From: a virus
Lineage: Duplodnaviria; Heunggongvirae; Uroviricota; Caudoviricetes
Direction: 5' to 3' (one strand)
Length of the DNA stretch: 38,912 bases
Virus record (IMG/VR): IMGVR_UViG_2740892107_000002
Shown one piece after another: positions 27,750 to 36,871 of this stretch (positions are counted from its first letter, which is position 1; the number at the start of each line of letters is the position of its first letter). A program made the translations under genes and the position numbers. Under the pieces are notes generated by a model. The model worked only from the letters and a program-made list of their open reading frames with translations, made no database searches and was not told the DNA's origin.

Positions 27750-28514
27750 ATGAAAATGCAGACATTACCCATCGTGCCGTGGATTGGTGGCAAACGCCGC
27801 CTTGCAAAACACATTCTGCCGCTGTTTCCGGCGCATGAATGTTATGTGGAGCCGTTTTGTGGGGCAGCAGCGCTCTATTTTCTTAAGACACCCGGCAAGA
27901 TCGAAGTCATCAATGATATCAACGGTGAACTGGTGAATCTGTACCGGGTGGTAAAGCATCACCTGGAAGAATTTGTCCGCCAGTTCAAATGGGCGCTGGT
28001 CAGCCGTCAGATCTACAAATGGCTGCAGATCACCCCGGAAGAAACACTGACGGATATCCAGCGTGCGGCACGGTTCTACTACCTTCAGAAGCAGGCGTTT
28101 GGCGGCAAGGTGGCAGAGCACAGCTTCGGTACCTCCACCACATCCCCGCCACGCTTCAACCTGCTACGTATTGAAGAAGAACTGTCAGCGGCACACCTGC
28201 GGCTTTCCAGAACAGTCATAGAACACATGGACTGGCAACAGTGCATTGAGCGTTATGATCGTCCGCACACGCTGTTCTACTGCGACCCACCGTACCTGGG
28301 TACGGAAGGCTATGGTGTGGATTTTCCTGAAGGGAACTACTCGCGGCTGGCAGAGCTGGCCCGGTGCATCAGAGGAAAAATGATAATTTCGGTGAACGAC
28401 ATCCCGCAGATGCGCGAGGTGTTCACTGGACTGAACATACAGACAGTGAATATCAACTACAGTCTGGCGGGTAAACCCACGCCGCGCCGTGAACTGCTAA
28501 TCTGCAACTTCTGA
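27750..28514 (+). CDS. DNA N6-adenine methyltransferase (Dam family), orphan
   Basis: EPFCGAAALYF (motif I-like) and CDPPYLG (DPPY catalytic motif); ATG 27750 chosen over the upstream extension; no adjacent restriction endonuclease candidate. Confidence 0.8.
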   Translation: MKMQTLPIVPWIGGKRRLAKHILPLFPAHECYVEPFCGAAALYFLKTPGKIEVINDINGELVNLYRVVKHHLEEFVRQFKWALVSRQIYKWLQITPEETLTDIQRAARFYYLQKQAFGGKVAEHSFGTSTTSPPRFNLLRIEEELSAAHLRLSRTVIEHMDWQQCIERYDRPHTLFYCDPPYLGTEGYGVDFPEGNYSRLAELARCIRGKMIISVNDIPQMREVFTGLNIQTVNINYSLAGKPTPRRELLICNF

Positions 28515-28520
28515 AACAAA

Positions 28521-28545
28521 ACCGGAAAGCACAATGCTTTCCGGT
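28521..28545 (-). terminator. rho-independent terminator (11-bp stem) downstream of the repressor gene, possibly bidirectional
   Basis: ACCGGAAAGCA-CAA-TGCTTTCCGGT; on the minus strand it is followed by TTTGTTT; lies between the convergent Dam-like and repressor genes. Confidence 0.6.
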
Positions 28546-28630
28546 AAACCAAACAACTTCCACTATGTCACTGGCGATGTTTTCTGAAAGCATCCAGATC
28601 AACCACCTGTCCTTTGTGTCCGGGTCAGTA

Positions 28631-28987
28631 TCAGCCTGCGATTTTTCCTGGTTTTGGCTGAGTATAGAATCGCCCAATCTCAAGAAATGAGCGTTGTTGG
28701 TCTGGTGTCATGTCGTCAAAAGTATCTATTAGTTTTTGTTTTTCTGGGGAAATTTGATTCTGGTTTCTAGTCATACCATCTGTGCTCATTCCAGTGAGCA
28801 ACCAATTTACATCAACATTAAACTCTTGATGCATCTTTAACAGAAACTCCCCTCCAGGCATCGCCTTTCCATTTTCAATCTGACTGATACCACCATTAGA
28901 AATACCTAAACGAGCTGCAAATTCTCTCTGGTTCAACCCTGCTTTCTTCCTCACAGAAATAACGCGCTCTCCTATATCTTTGCTCAT
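28631..28987 (-). CDS. prophage repressor (XRE-family HTH, Mu c analogue)
   Basis: N-terminal HTH (LNQREFAARLGISNGGISQIENGK); divergent from the early operon; low-GC gene; operator half-site overlaps its start codon. Confidence 0.75.
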   Translation of the reverse strand: MSKDIGERVISVRKKAGLNQREFAARLGISNGGISQIENGKAMPGGEFLLKMHQEFNVDVNWLLTGMSTDGMTRNQNQISPEKQKLIDTFDDMTPDQQRSFLEIGRFYTQPKPGKIAG

Positions 28988-29004
28988 AAAAGTGAATCTC
29001 TATC

Positions 29005-29035
29005 TTGATATGCTCATAATTATGAGCAATAATCT
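29005..29035 (+). promoter_or_regulatory. early promoter (Pe-like) with an 18-bp perfect palindromic operator in the spacer
   Basis: TTGATA (-35) - TGCTCATAATTATGAGCA (29011..29028) - AATAAT (-10), about 45 bp upstream of the ner-like gene; half-site TGCTCATAA repeats at 28981..28989. Confidence 0.6.
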
Positions 29036-29080
29036 AACACATATAAGGCAAACATCATTGCATCAACAAAGGAGACAACG

Positions 29081-29269
29081 ATGACTGCAGAACAAGTCAA
29101 AGCTCTCTTCCGCCAGCGCGGGATCACTTTCACCCGCTGGGCAGAAGAAAACGGCTACAACCGCAATGAGGTATACCGCGTTCTCAACGGGCAGACCAAA
29201 GCCCGTTACGGTAAATCCCATGAAATCGCCGTGAAGTTGGGACTGAAATCAACAGCTCAGGCGGCCTAA
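29081..29269 (+). CDS. Ner/Cro-like early DNA-binding regulator
   Basis: 62 aa, first gene of the early operon, AAGGAG RBS; HTH-like; family call tentative. Confidence 0.55.
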   Translation: MTAEQVKALFRQRGITFTRWAEENGYNRNEVYRVLNGQTKARYGKSHEIAVKLGLKSTAQAA

Positions 29270-29321
29270 ATATTTTGAGTCTTTGTAAAAGGTTATCACA
29301 TATCGCAAAAGAGGTATGCAG

Positions 29322-29630
29322 ATGAGTAAGACGAATGTTTCAAGCTCCGGCAGTCGCATCCTCCGGGTACTCAAAGCGCTGCGCGGTCATGCCCTGAACG
29401 GTATTTCTAACGGTGAACTGGCGACAGCACTGCACGAGTCACCGGCAAACATCAACCGGGCACTCAACACCCTCATTGAAGAAGGGCTGGCTCTGAAACT
29501 GGAGAACGGACGTTTTGCACCGGGCATCCAGTTACTGCAGATCGCCATGGCCCACAGTAACGAGATGGCACGTGCACAGGATCGTATTAACGAAATTAAC
29601 CAACGTGTCATTTCAGGTAGTCGTTTGTAA
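29322..29630 (+). CDS. winged-helix (IclR-like HTH) DNA-binding protein
   Basis: RILRVLKALRGHALNGISNGELATALHESPANINRALNTLIEEGLA; start taken at the second ATG for RBS spacing (the track ORF begins at 29316). Confidence 0.5.
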   Translation: MSKTNVSSSGSRILRVLKALRGHALNGISNGELATALHESPANINRALNTLIEEGLALKLENGRFAPGIQLLQIAMAHSNEMARAQDRINEINQRVISGSRL

Positions 29631-29640
29631 GGAGTAATCA

Positions 29641-30561
29641 ATGGGACGTACCAAATCACCGATTAACACTGAACTGAACGCCGATGTACCGCTGTCGGAT
29701 GATCTCAACGTCAGCCTGAATGCCATGACACAGCATCGCATGGAGATCATGCAGCAGTTTGGTGATGGACTGCCTTATGAACGTGAACGCATCGTTCACG
29801 AAGCACGTTTTTATATGGCGCAGAGTGCTGAATCTATGTTGGAAGCGGGTAAGCGGCTGATCATCTTAAAAGAAAATGAACCGCATGGTGATTTCACAAA
29901 TATTCTGGAAAACGACCTCGGATTAGCACCACAGGTAGCTCGTCGCATGATGCAGGCCAGCGTGAAATTTCTCGGCAATGGAGATGAACAGCCAAAACGC
30001 TCAGCGCTGAGCGTTTTGGGAAAAACCAAGTTATATGAACTGATGGTTCTGGATGACGAAGAACTCGACGCATTAGCTGATGGTGGAACCGTCGCCGGTG
30101 CAACGCTTGATGATATTGATCGCATGACCAGCCGCGAACTGAAGGCCGCCCTGCGTGAAGCGCGCGAAACCAACGCAGCTCAGCAACAGGTGCTTGCCGG
30201 AAAGGACGAAAAAATCAACGAACTGGCCACAAAACTGGAGAAGAAATCGCGCCTGCAACCTCCGCCGCCAGACGAAGAACTGAAAAAATTGCGGGCGGAA
30301 GTGACGGCATTAGCGGTTGAGGCCGAATCGGCTATCGCCGTCCGGCTGTCCAGTGTTTTTGAGACCCTGTGTGAATACTGCACCAAAAACATGATCGATA
30401 CCCCCAGAGATTTCATGGCCGGTCTGGTCTGCCAGATTGAACGCAGTGTTCATGCATTACGTGAGACGTTTGACCTTGAGGCCGCTCCATCGGGTAACGA
30501 TGCCCCCGCCTGGCTGACCGAACCGGAACCTGAAATCAACCGACCGGAGGATATGCAGTAA
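29641..30561 (+). CDS. hypothetical early protein (DUF3102-like, Mu-like phage family)
   Basis: 306 aa, AAGGAG RBS; acidic coiled-coil central region. Confidence 0.5.
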   Translation: MGRTKSPINTELNADVPLSDDLNVSLNAMTQHRMEIMQQFGDGLPYERERIVHEARFYMAQSAESMLEAGKRLIILKENEPHGDFTNILENDLGLAPQVARRMMQASVKFLGNGDEQPKRSALSVLGKTKLYELMVLDDEELDALADGGTVAGATLDDIDRMTSRELKAALREARETNAAQQQVLAGKDEKINELATKLEKKSRLQPPPPDEELKKLRAEVTALAVEAESAIAVRLSSVFETLCEYCTKNMIDTPRDFMAGLVCQIERSVHALRETFDLEAAPSGNDAPAWLTEPEPEINRPEDMQ

Positions 30562-30878
30562 TGAATACGAATAACACACAAAATACCCTGATGGACAGCC
30601 CGGAGGCACTGGGGCACGCACTGTGTAATCTGCTGCCGGAGATGGTGCAGGGTTTCCGCGTGGTGACCCCTTCCGGTGAAATCTGCGTACCCGCACAGGA
30701 GACGCACCCGTTTGTACTGACGATGGAGGTGATGCTGATGCAGCAGATAAGACGTCTGCAGAATCAGTCAGCATTACGCCCGGTAGTTGCACCGCAACCG
30801 GTAAATACCGTGGTGAAAACCTGCGATGGCGAAACACTGTGCGACCTCGCCAGAAAAATTGCCGCCAGAATCGGATAA
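30561..30878 (+). CDS. hypothetical protein
   Basis: 105 aa, GGAGG RBS, start overlaps the upstream stop. Confidence 0.5.
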   Translation: MNTNNTQNTLMDSPEALGHALCNLLPEMVQGFRVVTPSGEICVPAQETHPFVLTMEVMLMQQIRRLQNQSALRPVVAPQPVNTVVKTCDGETLCDLARKIAARIG

Positions 30879-30893
30879 CAGGGAAGACAAGCT

Positions 30894-32663
30894 ATGACCC
30901 CGGCACTGACTGAAAAACTGGTTGAAACAGCCCGCGCGGCACGTGACGCGGGGCATGGTAAACGCGGTGCAATATACGACGCTGCCTGTGCTGAACTTGG
31001 CATGTCCCGCGCCACTCTGCTGCGCAGGCTGAAGGAGGTATCTGTGACTGATAAACGCAAAAAACGCGCCGATGCCGGGCGCAGCGCCCTGACCCGCGAC
31101 GAAGCCGCGCTGATATCTGCCACACTGCGTGAGGCCACCCGCAAGAACGGTAAGCGTCTCTATTCCATCGCAGATGCAGTGGAAACCCTGCGGGCTAACG
31201 GCTTTATCACCGCAGGCAGAACAGATGAAACCACCAGTGAGTTTTTCCCGTTGTCTGAAGATGCCATCAGCCGTGCTCTGCGTAACTATGGCCTGCACCC
31301 GGAACAACTGGATGCCCCTGCACCACATACCGAAGTGGCCAGTCTGCATCCCAATCATGTCTGGCAGATTGACGCCTCACTCTGCACGCTTTACTACCTG
31401 AGCAATGGACATAAAGGGCTGCAGGTGATGGACAGCGCGAAGTTCTACAAGAACAAGCCCGCTAACCTTGCCCGTATCGCCAGTGACCGCGTGTGGAGTT
31501 ACGAGATTACCGACCATGCCAGCGGCTGGATTTACGTTGAGTATGTGACGGGCGCGGAATCAGGTGAGAACCTGTGTTCTGTGCTTATCAACGCCATGCA
31601 GGAGCGTGGCGGCGCAGACGTGCTGCACGGCGTGCCGAAAATACTCTATCTCGACCCCGGCTCGGCAAACACCGCGGGTATGACGAAAAACATGTGCCGC
31701 TCACTGGGCATCGACCTGATAGCGCACAAGCCGCATAACGCCCGCGCCACCGGACAGGTGGAAAAGGCGCGTGACATTATCGAACGCAAGCTGGAGCCGG
31801 GTCTGAAGTTCCGGCCGGTTCACAGTCTGGAAGAACTCAACGCGCTGGCCGCGAAATGGCGCAGCCACTTTAACGCCACGGCTGTTCACAGCCGCCACGG
31901 TAAAACCCGCACGGATATCTGGCTGAAGATTACTGCTGAGCAGCTGAAAAAAGCGCCTTCCGTTGAGGTATGTCGTGAACTGGCTGTGGCGGCACCAGAA
32001 CTCCGCAAAGTCACGCCAAAACTTCGTGTCTCGTTCCGGGGCACTGAATTTGACGTATCAACGGTACCGGGCGTACTGGTTGGTGAAAAACTGATGATTA
32101 CCCGTAACCCATGGCGCAGCGATGTGGCACAGGTGGTTCTGACCGGTGAGGACGGCCACGAGACGTTCTTCCTGGTCGAAGAGGTCAGAAAGAACGAGTT
32201 TGGCTTTGCTGAAGGCGCGGCGGTATTTGGCGAAAGTTACAAAGCCCTGCCGGAAACCCCGGCACAGATGGCGGCAAAAGAAACCGAAGCGCTGGTTACC
32301 GGTACAGACAACGCCGCAGATGCAGCCGCCGCACGCAAGGCGAAGGCGCTGCCGTTCGGCGGGCGGCTTGACCCGTATAAACATATCGACGACACCACAC
32401 TTCCGGCCTATATGCCGAAGCGTGGTCAGGCCTCTGACGTACGCGGGCCGCGCACTGAACAACGTCCCATGACTCATGTGGAGGCCGCGAAAGCCCTGCG
32501 CGATAAGTTCAGCGCCGACGGCCTTACCTGGACGCCGGAACATTACCGCCAGTTAACGGCACAGTACCCGGACGGCGTACCGGAAGCCGCACTGGATGAA
32601 GTCATGGCCACGCTGACCACACCGGCCCGCAGCAGTGTTATCAGCATTGTTAACGGCAACTGA
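30894..32663 (+). CDS. DDE transposase (Mu A analogue, integrase-core rve fold)
   Basis: 589 aa; N-terminal DNA-binding region followed by a catalytic core (...WQIDASL...YLDPGSANTA...), followed by a MuB-like ATPase gene. Confidence 0.85.
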   Translation: MTPALTEKLVETARAARDAGHGKRGAIYDAACAELGMSRATLLRRLKEVSVTDKRKKRADAGRSALTRDEAALISATLREATRKNGKRLYSIADAVETLRANGFITAGRTDETTSEFFPLSEDAISRALRNYGLHPEQLDAPAPHTEVASLHPNHVWQIDASLCTLYYLSNGHKGLQVMDSAKFYKNKPANLARIASDRVWSYEITDHASGWIYVEYVTGAESGENLCSVLINAMQERGGADVLHGVPKILYLDPGSANTAGMTKNMCRSLGIDLIAHKPHNARATGQVEKARDIIERKLEPGLKFRPVHSLEELNALAAKWRSHFNATAVHSRHGKTRTDIWLKITAEQLKKAPSVEVCRELAVAAPELRKVTPKLRVSFRGTEFDVSTVPGVLVGEKLMITRNPWRSDVAQVVLTGEDGHETFFLVEEVRKNEFGFAEGAAVFGESYKALPETPAQMAAKETEALVTGTDNAADAAAARKAKALPFGGRLDPYKHIDDTTLPAYMPKRGQASDVRGPRTEQRPMTHVEAAKALRDKFSADGLTWTPEHYRQLTAQYPDGVPEAALDEVMATLTTPARSSVISIVNGN

Positions 32664-32673
32664 GGAGGGAAAC

Positions 32674-33840
32674 ATGCTGGTACTGAAGCAGCAACTGAAA
32701 GAGGCCCGTATTCCACAGGCGGTGGTGGCGAGAGCTGTCGATGTTTCTGAGGCCACGCTGGCCCAGATTGTGAATCATAACGCGTGGCCCCGCACCAGCC
32801 CCGGAGAAGTGCGCCGGCGTCTTGCGTCCTGGCTGGAAAGTCAGGGGATTGATACAACGAAGAGTTTTGATGCTGTACAGGGCGCGGCCACGCCCCGTAC
32901 AGCGGGTACCACAGATAAAACGAGCCTCAGTGAGGAAGAGAATATGTTACTCAAAAAACAGGTGTTATTTCCAGCAACCAAAAAAGCGTTTGGTCTTTTC
33001 CGTGACCCGTTCGCCGACGAAGCCATGCAGGGTTCTGATGATGTGTTCACCACCCCGGATATTCGCTACGTGCGTGAGGCGTTGTACCAGACAGCCCGTC
33101 ATGGTGGGTTTATGGCCGTCATCGGTGAGTCCGGTGCGGGTAAATCCACGCTGCGCCGCGACCTGACTGAACGTATCAACCGCGAGAATGCGCCGGTAAT
33201 TGTTATCGAGCCATACATCATCGCTATGGAAGACAACGATGTGAAAGGGAAAACCCTGAAGGCAGCAGCGATTGCCGAAGCCATTATCAGTACCATCGCA
33301 CCACTGGAAAGCATCAGACGCAGTCAGGACGCCCGCTTTCGCCAGTTGCATCGCGTCCTGAAAGACAGCAGCCAGGCGGGGTTCAGCCACGTTCTGGTGA
33401 TTGAGGAGGCCCACAGTCTGCCCATTCCGACACTGAAACACCTCAAACGCTTTTTTGAGCTGGAGTCCGGTTTCAAAAAACTGCTGTCCATCGTGCTGAT
33501 TGGCCAGCCGGAACTGGCGACAAAACTGTCTGAACGCAATATGGAAGTCCGTGAAGTCGTTCAGCGCTGTGAGGTGGTCGAACTTCTGCCTCTGGACAAT
33601 AACCTTGAAGAGTTTCTGACGTTCAAACTGCAACGGGCCGGTAAACAACTGACGGACATTATGGACGCCAGCGCAGTGGATGCCATACGTGCCCGCCTGA
33701 GCAATCCGGGAAGTCATCGTAAAAATATGGTCAGCCTGCTGTATCCGCTGGCCGTCAGTAACCTGGTAATAGCCGCCATGAATCTGGCCGCTGAAATCGG
33801 GGTTCCACAGGTCAACGCTGACGTTGTCAAAGGGGTTTAA
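32674..33840 (+). CDS. transposition ATPase (Mu B / TniB-like AAA+)
   Basis: Walker A GESGAGKST, Walker B-like HVLVIEEAH; GGAGG RBS before ATG 32674; the track ORF starts earlier at 32635. Confidence 0.85.
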   Translation: MLVLKQQLKEARIPQAVVARAVDVSEATLAQIVNHNAWPRTSPGEVRRRLASWLESQGIDTTKSFDAVQGAATPRTAGTTDKTSLSEEENMLLKKQVLFPATKKAFGLFRDPFADEAMQGSDDVFTTPDIRYVREALYQTARHGGFMAVIGESGAGKSTLRRDLTERINRENAPVIVIEPYIIAMEDNDVKGKTLKAAAIAEAIISTIAPLESIRRSQDARFRQLHRVLKDSSQAGFSHVLVIEEAHSLPIPTLKHLKRFFELESGFKKLLSIVLIGQPELATKLSERNMEVREVVQRCEVVELLPLDNNLEEFLTFKLQRAGKQLTDIMDASAVDAIRARLSNPGSHRKNMVSLLYPLAVSNLVIAAMNLAAEIGVPQVNADVVKGV

Positions 33841-33842
33841 TA

Positions 33843-34112
33843 ATGAAATCCACCACAGGTATCAACCAGCAAATCAGCAAAGTGCAGTCAGCCATTATGG
33901 CGCTTAAGGCGACGAACACGGATGTACAAAGCATCACCATCAGGGGTAACAAACCTGTCATCCGCGTTTCCCGGAGTGCGCATTGCATGCGCATGCTTGA
34001 GCAGGGAAAGGCCTGTTATCTGTATACCGGTCATGACCACAGGGGACATTTCCGTCAGGGCGTTTTCGAACTGCACGGCTGTCGCGTCGTGTGGCCGGAA
34101 TCTTTGTGGTAA
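33843..34112 (+). CDS. hypothetical protein (Mu kil position)
   Basis: 89 aa immediately after the B-like gene. Confidence 0.45.
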   Translation: MKSTTGINQQISKVQSAIMALKATNTDVQSITIRGNKPVIRVSRSAHCMRMLEQGKACYLYTGHDHRGHFRQGVFELHGCRVVWPESLW

Positions 34113-34139
34113 TCAGCACAACAGGAGGAGTCATAAAAT

Positions 34140-34670
34140 ATGGCAAAAAGTACAAAAGGGGCAAAACGTATCAAAGCCGCAGCAGCACTCTGGGTGCCGG
34201 GGACACGCGAAGAGGTCATTGAGGGAATCAGACTGCTTGGTGACGCGCAACGTGAACTGGTCAGGGCTGAAACAGAAATGAATGACACCATTGGCGACAT
34301 CACTGCACGTTATGCCCCGCTCACCGAGAGCCTGAAAAAACGCATGGCCGAACTGCAGTCCGGTATCCAGACATGGTGTGAGGCGCACCGTGATGAACTG
34401 ACCGGCAACGGGAAGGTGAAGTTCGCTAACCTCACCACCGGCGAGGTGCAGTGGCGAAACCGTCCGCCGTCAGTCAGCATTCGCGGGGCGGATAATGTCA
34501 TTGAACTGCTGAGACGTCTGGGGCTTGAGCGCTTTATTCGTGTAAAAGAGGAAATAAATAAAGACGCTATCCTGAATGAAAAAGAGGCCGTGAAAAATAT
34601 TCCCGGTATTTCCATTAAAAGCGACATTGAGGATTTTTCAATAATTCCTTTTGAGCAGGATGTGCAGTAA
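34140..34670 (+). CDS. gam: host-nuclease inhibitor Gam (Mu Gam-like DNA end-binding protein)
   Basis: Strong similarity to Mu Gam as recalled (RIKAAAA..., WCEAHRDELT, RPPSVSIRG, LERFIRVKEEINKDAIL, DFSIIPFEQ); AGGAGG RBS. Confidence 0.9.
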   Translation: MAKSTKGAKRIKAAAALWVPGTREEVIEGIRLLGDAQRELVRAETEMNDTIGDITARYAPLTESLKKRMAELQSGIQTWCEAHRDELTGNGKVKFANLTTGEVQWRNRPPSVSIRGADNVIELLRRLGLERFIRVKEEINKDAILNEKEAVKNIPGISIKSDIEDFSIIPFEQDVQ

Positions 34671-34767
34671 ACACACCACGTTAATTATTTAATAAAAACA
34701 TTTTCTTTTTTATTCCGACGTCAGCGCCGCGGGCTTCTGCACGCCGGAAACAGAGGAGAATTAAATC

Positions 34768-34962
34768 ATGATATTTAAATGTATTCAGTGCGAGAGGGAT
34801 ATAACAGCCCTGCGTTTTCACAGCGCCATCGCCGTGATGTCCGGTAAATACCACATCCCTGCGGTACGCGTCACCCTGGTCTGCCCGTACTGCAGCCAGC
34901 ATTTTTCGGCAGACGTGCCCGTCATGGAATTCTCCCGCCCTGACAGGGAGGACTCGCAATGA
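34768..34962 (+). CDS. small zinc-ribbon protein (CxxC...CxxC)
   Basis: 64 aa with CIQC and CPYC pairs; AGGAGA RBS. Confidence 0.5.
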   Translation: MIFKCIQCERDITALRFHSAIAVMSGKYHIPAVRVTLVCPYCSQHFSADVPVMEFSRPDREDSQ

Positions 34963-35231
34963 TTACCCCACAGGAAGCACGACAGCGCACCCGAACCCTT
35001 GTTGAACACTATGTCAACGAGTGTGAATGCCGCGACCTCACCGATGTGAAGCACGTCCTGACGGCGCTAATCAGCATGACCGCTCAAGCCATTGTGGCGA
35101 CCAACGGAAAGGCGGCTGCCCTGCAGGTACTGGTGAACACACTAACCCACACGGCAGCGCATGAGGTGCCGTACCGGATGGAAACCACTGCAGAAGGCGG
35201 CCTGCACATCACCGTCAGCCGGAAGCACTGA
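34959..35231 (+). CDS. hypothetical protein
   Basis: 90 aa, GGAGG RBS, overlapping stop/start. Confidence 0.5.
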   Translation: MITPQEARQRTRTLVEHYVNECECRDLTDVKHVLTALISMTAQAIVATNGKAAALQVLVNTLTHTAAHEVPYRMETTAEGGLHITVSRKH

Positions 35232-35240
35232 GGGCGCGGC

Positions 35241-35537
35241 ATGACACGGAACACCATACTCACCCGCACCGCCCTCTACCGTCTGGCCCTGCAGCGTTTC
35301 GGGCCGGACGCACAGGCCCTGAAACTGACAGAAGAGGCCGCTGAACTGGCGGCCAGTGCTGCCCGCAATCTGAACGGACAGGGCAGCGAAAGCGACCTCG
35401 CGGCAGAGCTGGCAGACGTGGAAATCATGACAGAGCAATTGCGCCTTCAGGGGATGGACCGGCTGATTGACTTCCACAAACAGAAAAAACTGGAACGTCT
35501 GGCTGCACGACTGGGCGTGATTTACACGAACGAGTAA
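35241..35537 (+). CDS. MazG-like nucleotide pyrophosphohydrolase (small all-alpha NTP-PPase)
   Basis: 98 aa; EEAAELAASAARNL...ELADVEIM pattern typical of MazG-type EExxE/D metal-binding helices. Confidence 0.55.
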   Translation: MTRNTILTRTALYRLALQRFGPDAQALKLTEEAAELAASAARNLNGQGSESDLAAELADVEIMTEQLRLQGMDRLIDFHKQKKLERLAARLGVIYTNE

Positions 35538-35551
35538 CCGGGAGGCATTCA

Positions 35552-35767
35552 ATGGCTGACATACTCAGGGAAATCACCGCATGGATACTGATTCTTACTG
35601 GCCTGGCGACATGCCTCAGTGCGGGGGCAGCCCTGGCTGCCCTGCTGATGCACATAACAACACAGTGGTTATGGGAAAAGCTTAAAGCAGCATACAGCCT
35701 GAAAGAGCTGTCCGACGCTGTCCGGGCATGGAAACGGCAGAAAAATACCGGAGATACAGAACAATGA
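35552..35767 (+). CDS. small membrane protein
   Basis: 71 aa, one TM helix (WILILTGLATCLSAGAALAALL); GGGAGG RBS. Confidence 0.5.
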   Translation: MADILREITAWILILTGLATCLSAGAALAALLMHITTQWLWEKLKAAYSLKELSDAVRAWKRQKNTGDTEQ

Positions 35768-36447
35768 CAGACCAGAATAAACACATTGAGAAACTGAAAA
35801 AGTTGCTGGCGCTGGCCGCATCCGGCAACCCGCACGAGGCCGCTCTGGCACTGTGCCGAGCCCGTAAACTGATGGATGTTCACGGCATCACACATTCCGA
35901 CATTGCTATGAGTGATATTGATGAAACCATCAGTCACTACTGGCCGACAGGCAGTCTCCGTCCACCGCGCTACATGCTGGGCCTGATGAACATCATCCGC
36001 GAGGTATTTGGTGTTAACTCCATCATTCACCCCGGCACGCATCCGTCTGTGGGGTTCTACGGCAACCGGGAACGTGCGGCACTGGCTGCATACACCTGGG
36101 AAGTGCTGGCCCGTCAGCTGAAAAAGGCGCGTCAGCAGTATATCAGTGCACAGAACAAAAGAATAAAAACCGCCACCCGCACCAGCCGTGGAGACCAGTT
36201 TGCCGAAGGCTGGGTGCTGGCCGTTATCAGTGAAATACAGTCCTTTGCCCTGACCGATGATGAGCGTGAACTGATGCAGCAGTGGCTGGAACATAAATAC
36301 CCGCAGACGCAAACCACCAGGGCGCGTAAACCGGGAAGAAGCCGCAATGGCGACGCCTCGCGCTATGCGGGGTTTCGTGAAGGGCAGAACGTCAGACTGC
36401 ACCGCCCGGTCAGTGGGCAGGAACAACAGAAACTGGAGGCCAGATGA
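35764..36447 (+). CDS. hypothetical early protein (DUF2786-like)
   Basis: Start at internal ATG 35764 (MTDQNKHIEKLKKLLALAASGNPHEAALA...) with RBS; the track ORF starts upstream at 35728. Confidence 0.5.
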   Translation: MTDQNKHIEKLKKLLALAASGNPHEAALALCRARKLMDVHGITHSDIAMSDIDETISHYWPTGSLRPPRYMLGLMNIIREVFGVNSIIHPGTHPSVGFYGNRERAALAAYTWEVLARQLKKARQQYISAQNKRIKTATRTSRGDQFAEGWVLAVISEIQSFALTDDERELMQQWLEHKYPQTQTTRARKPGRSRNGDASRYAGFREGQNVRLHRPVSGQEQQKLEAR

Positions 36448-36674
36448 TTACGCTATCAGGTAAAAGCCGGAAATTAAAAGCCTGCCGAATATCTGCCAGA
36501 TACCTTTTTGCCCGCGCCTTTTTTAAGAACGTCAGGCCGGGGATCACAATTGGTGTTATTGCCGGACGCGAACAGGTTGAAAAATACATGTCAGGTGCAT
36601 GGTGGAATAACGACCCTGTCATTGCTGCCCGTAATATTCATATCGAATGGGGAGGTATTCAGAATGACTACTGA
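36444..36674 (+). CDS. hypothetical protein
   Basis: 76 aa, GGAGG RBS, overlapping stop/start. Confidence 0.45.
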   Translation: MITLSGKSRKLKACRISARYLFARAFFKNVRPGITIGVIAGREQVEKYMSGAWWNNDPVIAARNIHIEWGGIQNDY

Positions 36675-36870
36675 AACCATTGTCTGTTTTCTTTTCTGGT
36701 ATATGTACGCAGGATCATGCAGCGCAAGACTTCATCGTTCCCTGGGCTATGGCAGGCACTACGACACCGCGCATTACATCCTGTACATGACCGCCGTCAT
36801 GTTGTTCTGGCCAGTCACCCTGCCAGCTGCAACCGACATTGTTGCCGACAGACTGAAAAAAAGGAGATGA
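36664..36870 (+). CDS. small membrane protein
   Basis: 68 aa with two hydrophobic helices; GGAGG RBS; ATG 36664 within the longer track ORF. Confidence 0.45.
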   Translation: MTTETIVCFLFWYMYAGSCSARLHRSLGYGRHYDTAHYILYMTAVMLFWPVTLPAATDIVADRLKKRR

Positions 36871-36871
36871 T

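Noticed and set aside
27765-28121. 118-aa minus-strand ORF
   Set aside because: Antisense within the Dam-like methylase gene.
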